A stretch of 55,051 bases of DNA, counting the filler, from Bipalium vagum (taxonomy: Eukaryota): the NCBI GenBank assembly GCA_037834085.1. It is 3 parts of 3 records of this genome, joined end to end, with 100 filler letters (N's around TTAATTAATTAA, not from the genome) between each part and the next. Parts side by side here need not be neighbours in the genome. Positions count along the whole stretch, not along the records: positions 33,552 to 55,051 come from JBBMKC010234492.1; 2 more parts are not named here. One strand, given 5' to 3'. A program made the translations under genes and the position numbers. The notes below the pieces were generated by a model. That model searched no databases and was not told the origin of the DNA. It worked only from the letters and a program-made list of their open reading frames with translations. Of this stretch, positions 52,171 to 55,051 are shown in pieces. Within the stretch, counting starts at the first letter, position 1. Each line of letters opens with the position of its first letter.

Positions 52171-52719
52171 TAAAAAGCTTTTAATTATTCTTTAAAAAAA
52201 AGAAATCCTAGAAATAATAATTGAGTACTAAATCTTTTTCCTAAATTCTTTTATTTTAATTACCTGGTTGTCAAAGTAATGAAATCAAAACGGATCATAT
52301 AATTATATTTAACCAAATATTTGGCATTTTATGTTATTTTATTTAATGTAAAAATCGTTTACATAATACAGGACGACAAAAGAAATAATCATCAAATCAA
52401 ATAATAATAAGAAATAAATAAATAATTAATAATGATAGTTTACTAAAAACAAGGAAAATCGATAAAGTATTCGACGTGATAAAAATAGGCTAAAAATAAT
52501 ATCAATTAGAATTAAAAATCTAATCAATCAATAAAAAAGTTGAAAATTTTTTTTCTCAAAAAACCAAAGAAATTAGATAAAAAAATTGTACAAAAGTTTC
52601 TGAAAAAAAACATTTTCTTGGCAATAAGAGCACACCACAAAACGAAATGTTGAATAATAATGATGTATTATATAATTATTGTAACATTTAACCTTAAATA
52701 CCATAAAAGGATAGAATTT

Positions 52720-53200
52720 CATATAGTAAAAGTAAAGGGGAAAATGACATGGACACCAGGAAACAAATGAAAATAAAATCGTTTACTCTGCTGACTTCAG
52801 ACTGAAAAAACTGTAGAAAGAATGTTAAATATTGAACATATAAAGTAAACGTAGAGAGTGCATTGTTGAGTTGACATTTTACAATCTTTCCGGTTCTATT
52901 TCGATAATGGTCTTCTTCATTTAGTTAACGAACAGTAAGAAAATGGTGATCATATAAATTCAAATGATATCCTTCTATACATAATTCAGATTCATGAAAT
53001 GGAACAATTGATCGGTTCAAGAGTTTATAAATAATGGACAAAGTTCGACTATTGACTAAGAAGTGAAAATAAAACATTTCAACAATATCCGCGAGATCAC
53101 ATGGATGGATTACGTCCGCCATATCAAAGTTATTGTATTTGGTAATATTTGCAAAAAAACTGTAAAAAAGAACGTTTTCAAAAAGATTTTTTCTTAAGGT
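52720..53200 (+). mobile_element. Possible piggyBac transposase relic
   Basis: FRFYFDN, FMKWNN*SV and QQYPRDHMDGL occur in the order of the piggyBac motifs xYFDNxF, KWxDNKxV and YNxxMGGVD. Confidence 0.4.
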
Positions 53201-53859
53201 TACCTAAATGCTTTAACCCATCAAGTTAATTAACCTCTTCAGAACTGAATTATTGCAAACTGATAAAAATCTTTTTACTAATTATTGGTAAGAAGGACAT
53301 TATAAAAAATGTATGAAAATATTATTATATTATTTATTAAATTTTGATTTATACGCACACAGATGGCGGTAGAGTCAATTATTTCAAATAACAGTGCTAT
53401 TAGACTTTGTGTGCGTAATTCTACACATGGGGTCTGTAGGGGCTGAATTATGATTGAACAATTATTCAAAGTTGGTTATTATACATATATTTCCAAAGAT
53501 TTGAAAACGTTACAATGGGTCTGATTATTTATAAATTTCCTACAATTTTGGAATACACACTATCCAAGAATAACAAAGTCTCAACAGATGCCATTTTGAA
53601 AATAGTATTCTACTTGTCACAAATAAATTTATTCGGTAAGAAAGTTGACATTTTTGTGACAAATAGACTGATAGATTTATTGATAAAAATATGAAAAATT
53701 TTGGTGTTCTTCAAAATGAGAATTTCAGATTTAGTGAAAAATGAAATGAATGAATTGAAAAATTAACTAAAGACCAGAGTAAAGCTACAAGCTTGGAAGA
53801 AGAAAAGAAAGAAGAGAATTTCCAGGAAAATGAAATGTATAGGATTTGATATTTCTGTA

Positions 53860-54440
53860 GAAACAAGGGGTAGTCTGGCGGTGATAGGTCTGAACTATAA
53901 GCTGAATGCATCAGAACATCCCACCAATGGTTTTACAATTTTTAGAGAATTATTAAAAATGTGCGGTATAGTGTTGTCGTGATGGACCAGATGCTTTTTC
54001 TGTTCTTTTTTATCGCCTGATTTAATCTTTCAAGTTACTGACAATAGAATATAGAATCAATTATTTGAACAGTTTCCAGCAACTCGTATTACACGATTCC
54101 TTTCAGATCCTGGATAACATTTCATATCACCTTTATTTAAGGAAATCTTGGTCTTGCAATTTTTTGTGGAGCTTCATCTTTTTTTCAGGAAATAGTTATC
54201 ATCTTTTAATAATGCCCTTAAATACCCTTGCCTCAAGAACCAGAGATCAAGATCCTTTTTTGATATCTAAATCAAAAGATACATAGTTTTCATTGAGAAA
54301 ATCTTAAATTAACCTTAGGAAATCCTCTTTGGACTCTATTTCCTAACCTCGTAAATGTTTTTTTCAATTGATTAAACAAGAAATAGCTGAGAGCTAAATC
54401 AGGGGTATACGGTAGCCGTAAAAAAAGCACGAAATTTTTT
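53860..54440 (-). mobile_element. mariner relics
   Basis: VHHDNTIPH..WWDVLMHSAYSSDLSPPDYPLF near 53860-53990 and a second PYTPDLALS near 54385-54415. Confidence 0.7.
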
Positions 54441-55051
54441 CAGCATATATAGTCATGTATCGCTGAGCTGTGTATATTTGAATATCTAATTTAAATGTCC
54501 AAGTTAATAAATAAATCACGAAACAATCAATAAAATTAAACTTAAATGAATTACTAAAATAAAAAAAGGAAATTAAGATTAAAACAAAACGATTGTTCTT
54601 ACCGGAGTTGTCAACGGGTCCCCCGTAGTCCAGCAGACCTTTTTCAGTCCCCTAGGAATTCCCTAACTCGATGGGACCCATCGAAAAATCGTTTTGCATC
54701 ATTATTGCCTAAAAAATAAAATACACAAAAATATAAAGTCTTCCAACGAATTAACAGTCTTGAAATTTAATAATCTTCAGCCTTCCAACCAATCAACAAA
54801 ATTAATAATCTTCTAATCTTCTAGATAAAAATCAGAAAATCGTAAAACAAAAGCTATCTTTTACTTCGACGAATTTCTCCAATGAAATTCTAGCCTTATA
54901 TAGAATTAGAGATTGATCGACGACTCCCAATAACTCTTTTGGAAGGCTATTTCTTCCGATAGCCTAAAAATTCCAAAATTATGTTACAATTATCTCGACA
55001 ACTAGAATAGCTACATAAAATTTTCTATAAATTATTAATTATTATCTCGAT

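Noticed and set aside
52925-53159. Minus-strand ORF as the terminal exon of a host gene
   Set aside because: No recognisable domain, and the opposite strand shows ordered piggyBac-like motifs that explain the composition.
54652-54963. EF-hand-like spliced peptide (..RISLEKFVE|AIMMQ..) or a selenocysteine read-through exon
   Set aside because: No canonical EF-hand loop, the frame stops at TAG shortly after, no frame supports a Sec codon, and the upstream context lies outside the window.

Overview
Very AT-rich animal nuclear DNA: spliceosomal GT-AG introns of mostly 45-60 nt plus transposon-inflated kb-scale introns. An invertebrate such as a triclad flatworm is plausible, but I cannot establish the taxon from sequence alone. 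Two artificial 100-bp spacers (44 N + TTAATTAATTAA + 44 N at 16897-16996 and 33452-33551) split the window into three pieces, and three host genes break off at them, so adjacency across the spacers should not be trusted. Host genes reconstructed exon by exon with consistent splice phases: a secreted tandem F-type lectin (FTP) gene or gene pair (+, 3634-6822), an incomplete RILP-like gene (+, 9827-15827), an incomplete Tbx2/3-type T-box gene (-, 23058-17098), an incomplete USP20/33 deubiquitinase (-, 42945-34213), and an intact protein with an N-terminal CARD and a C-terminal TRADD-N-like domain (+, about 48800-49926). The rest is mostly decayed mobile DNA: many mariner/Tc1/pogo relics, MULE, hAT, piggyBac-like, Polinton/Maverick, a rearranged Gypsy element, a gag relic, and a tRNA-Ala-derived pseudogene. 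I see no convincing new multi-gene system. The best leads are the CARD + Cys/basic linker + TRADD-N-like adaptor and the F-type lectin domains with remodelled fucose-binding motifs. All family assignments come from motif recognition by eye, not database searches.
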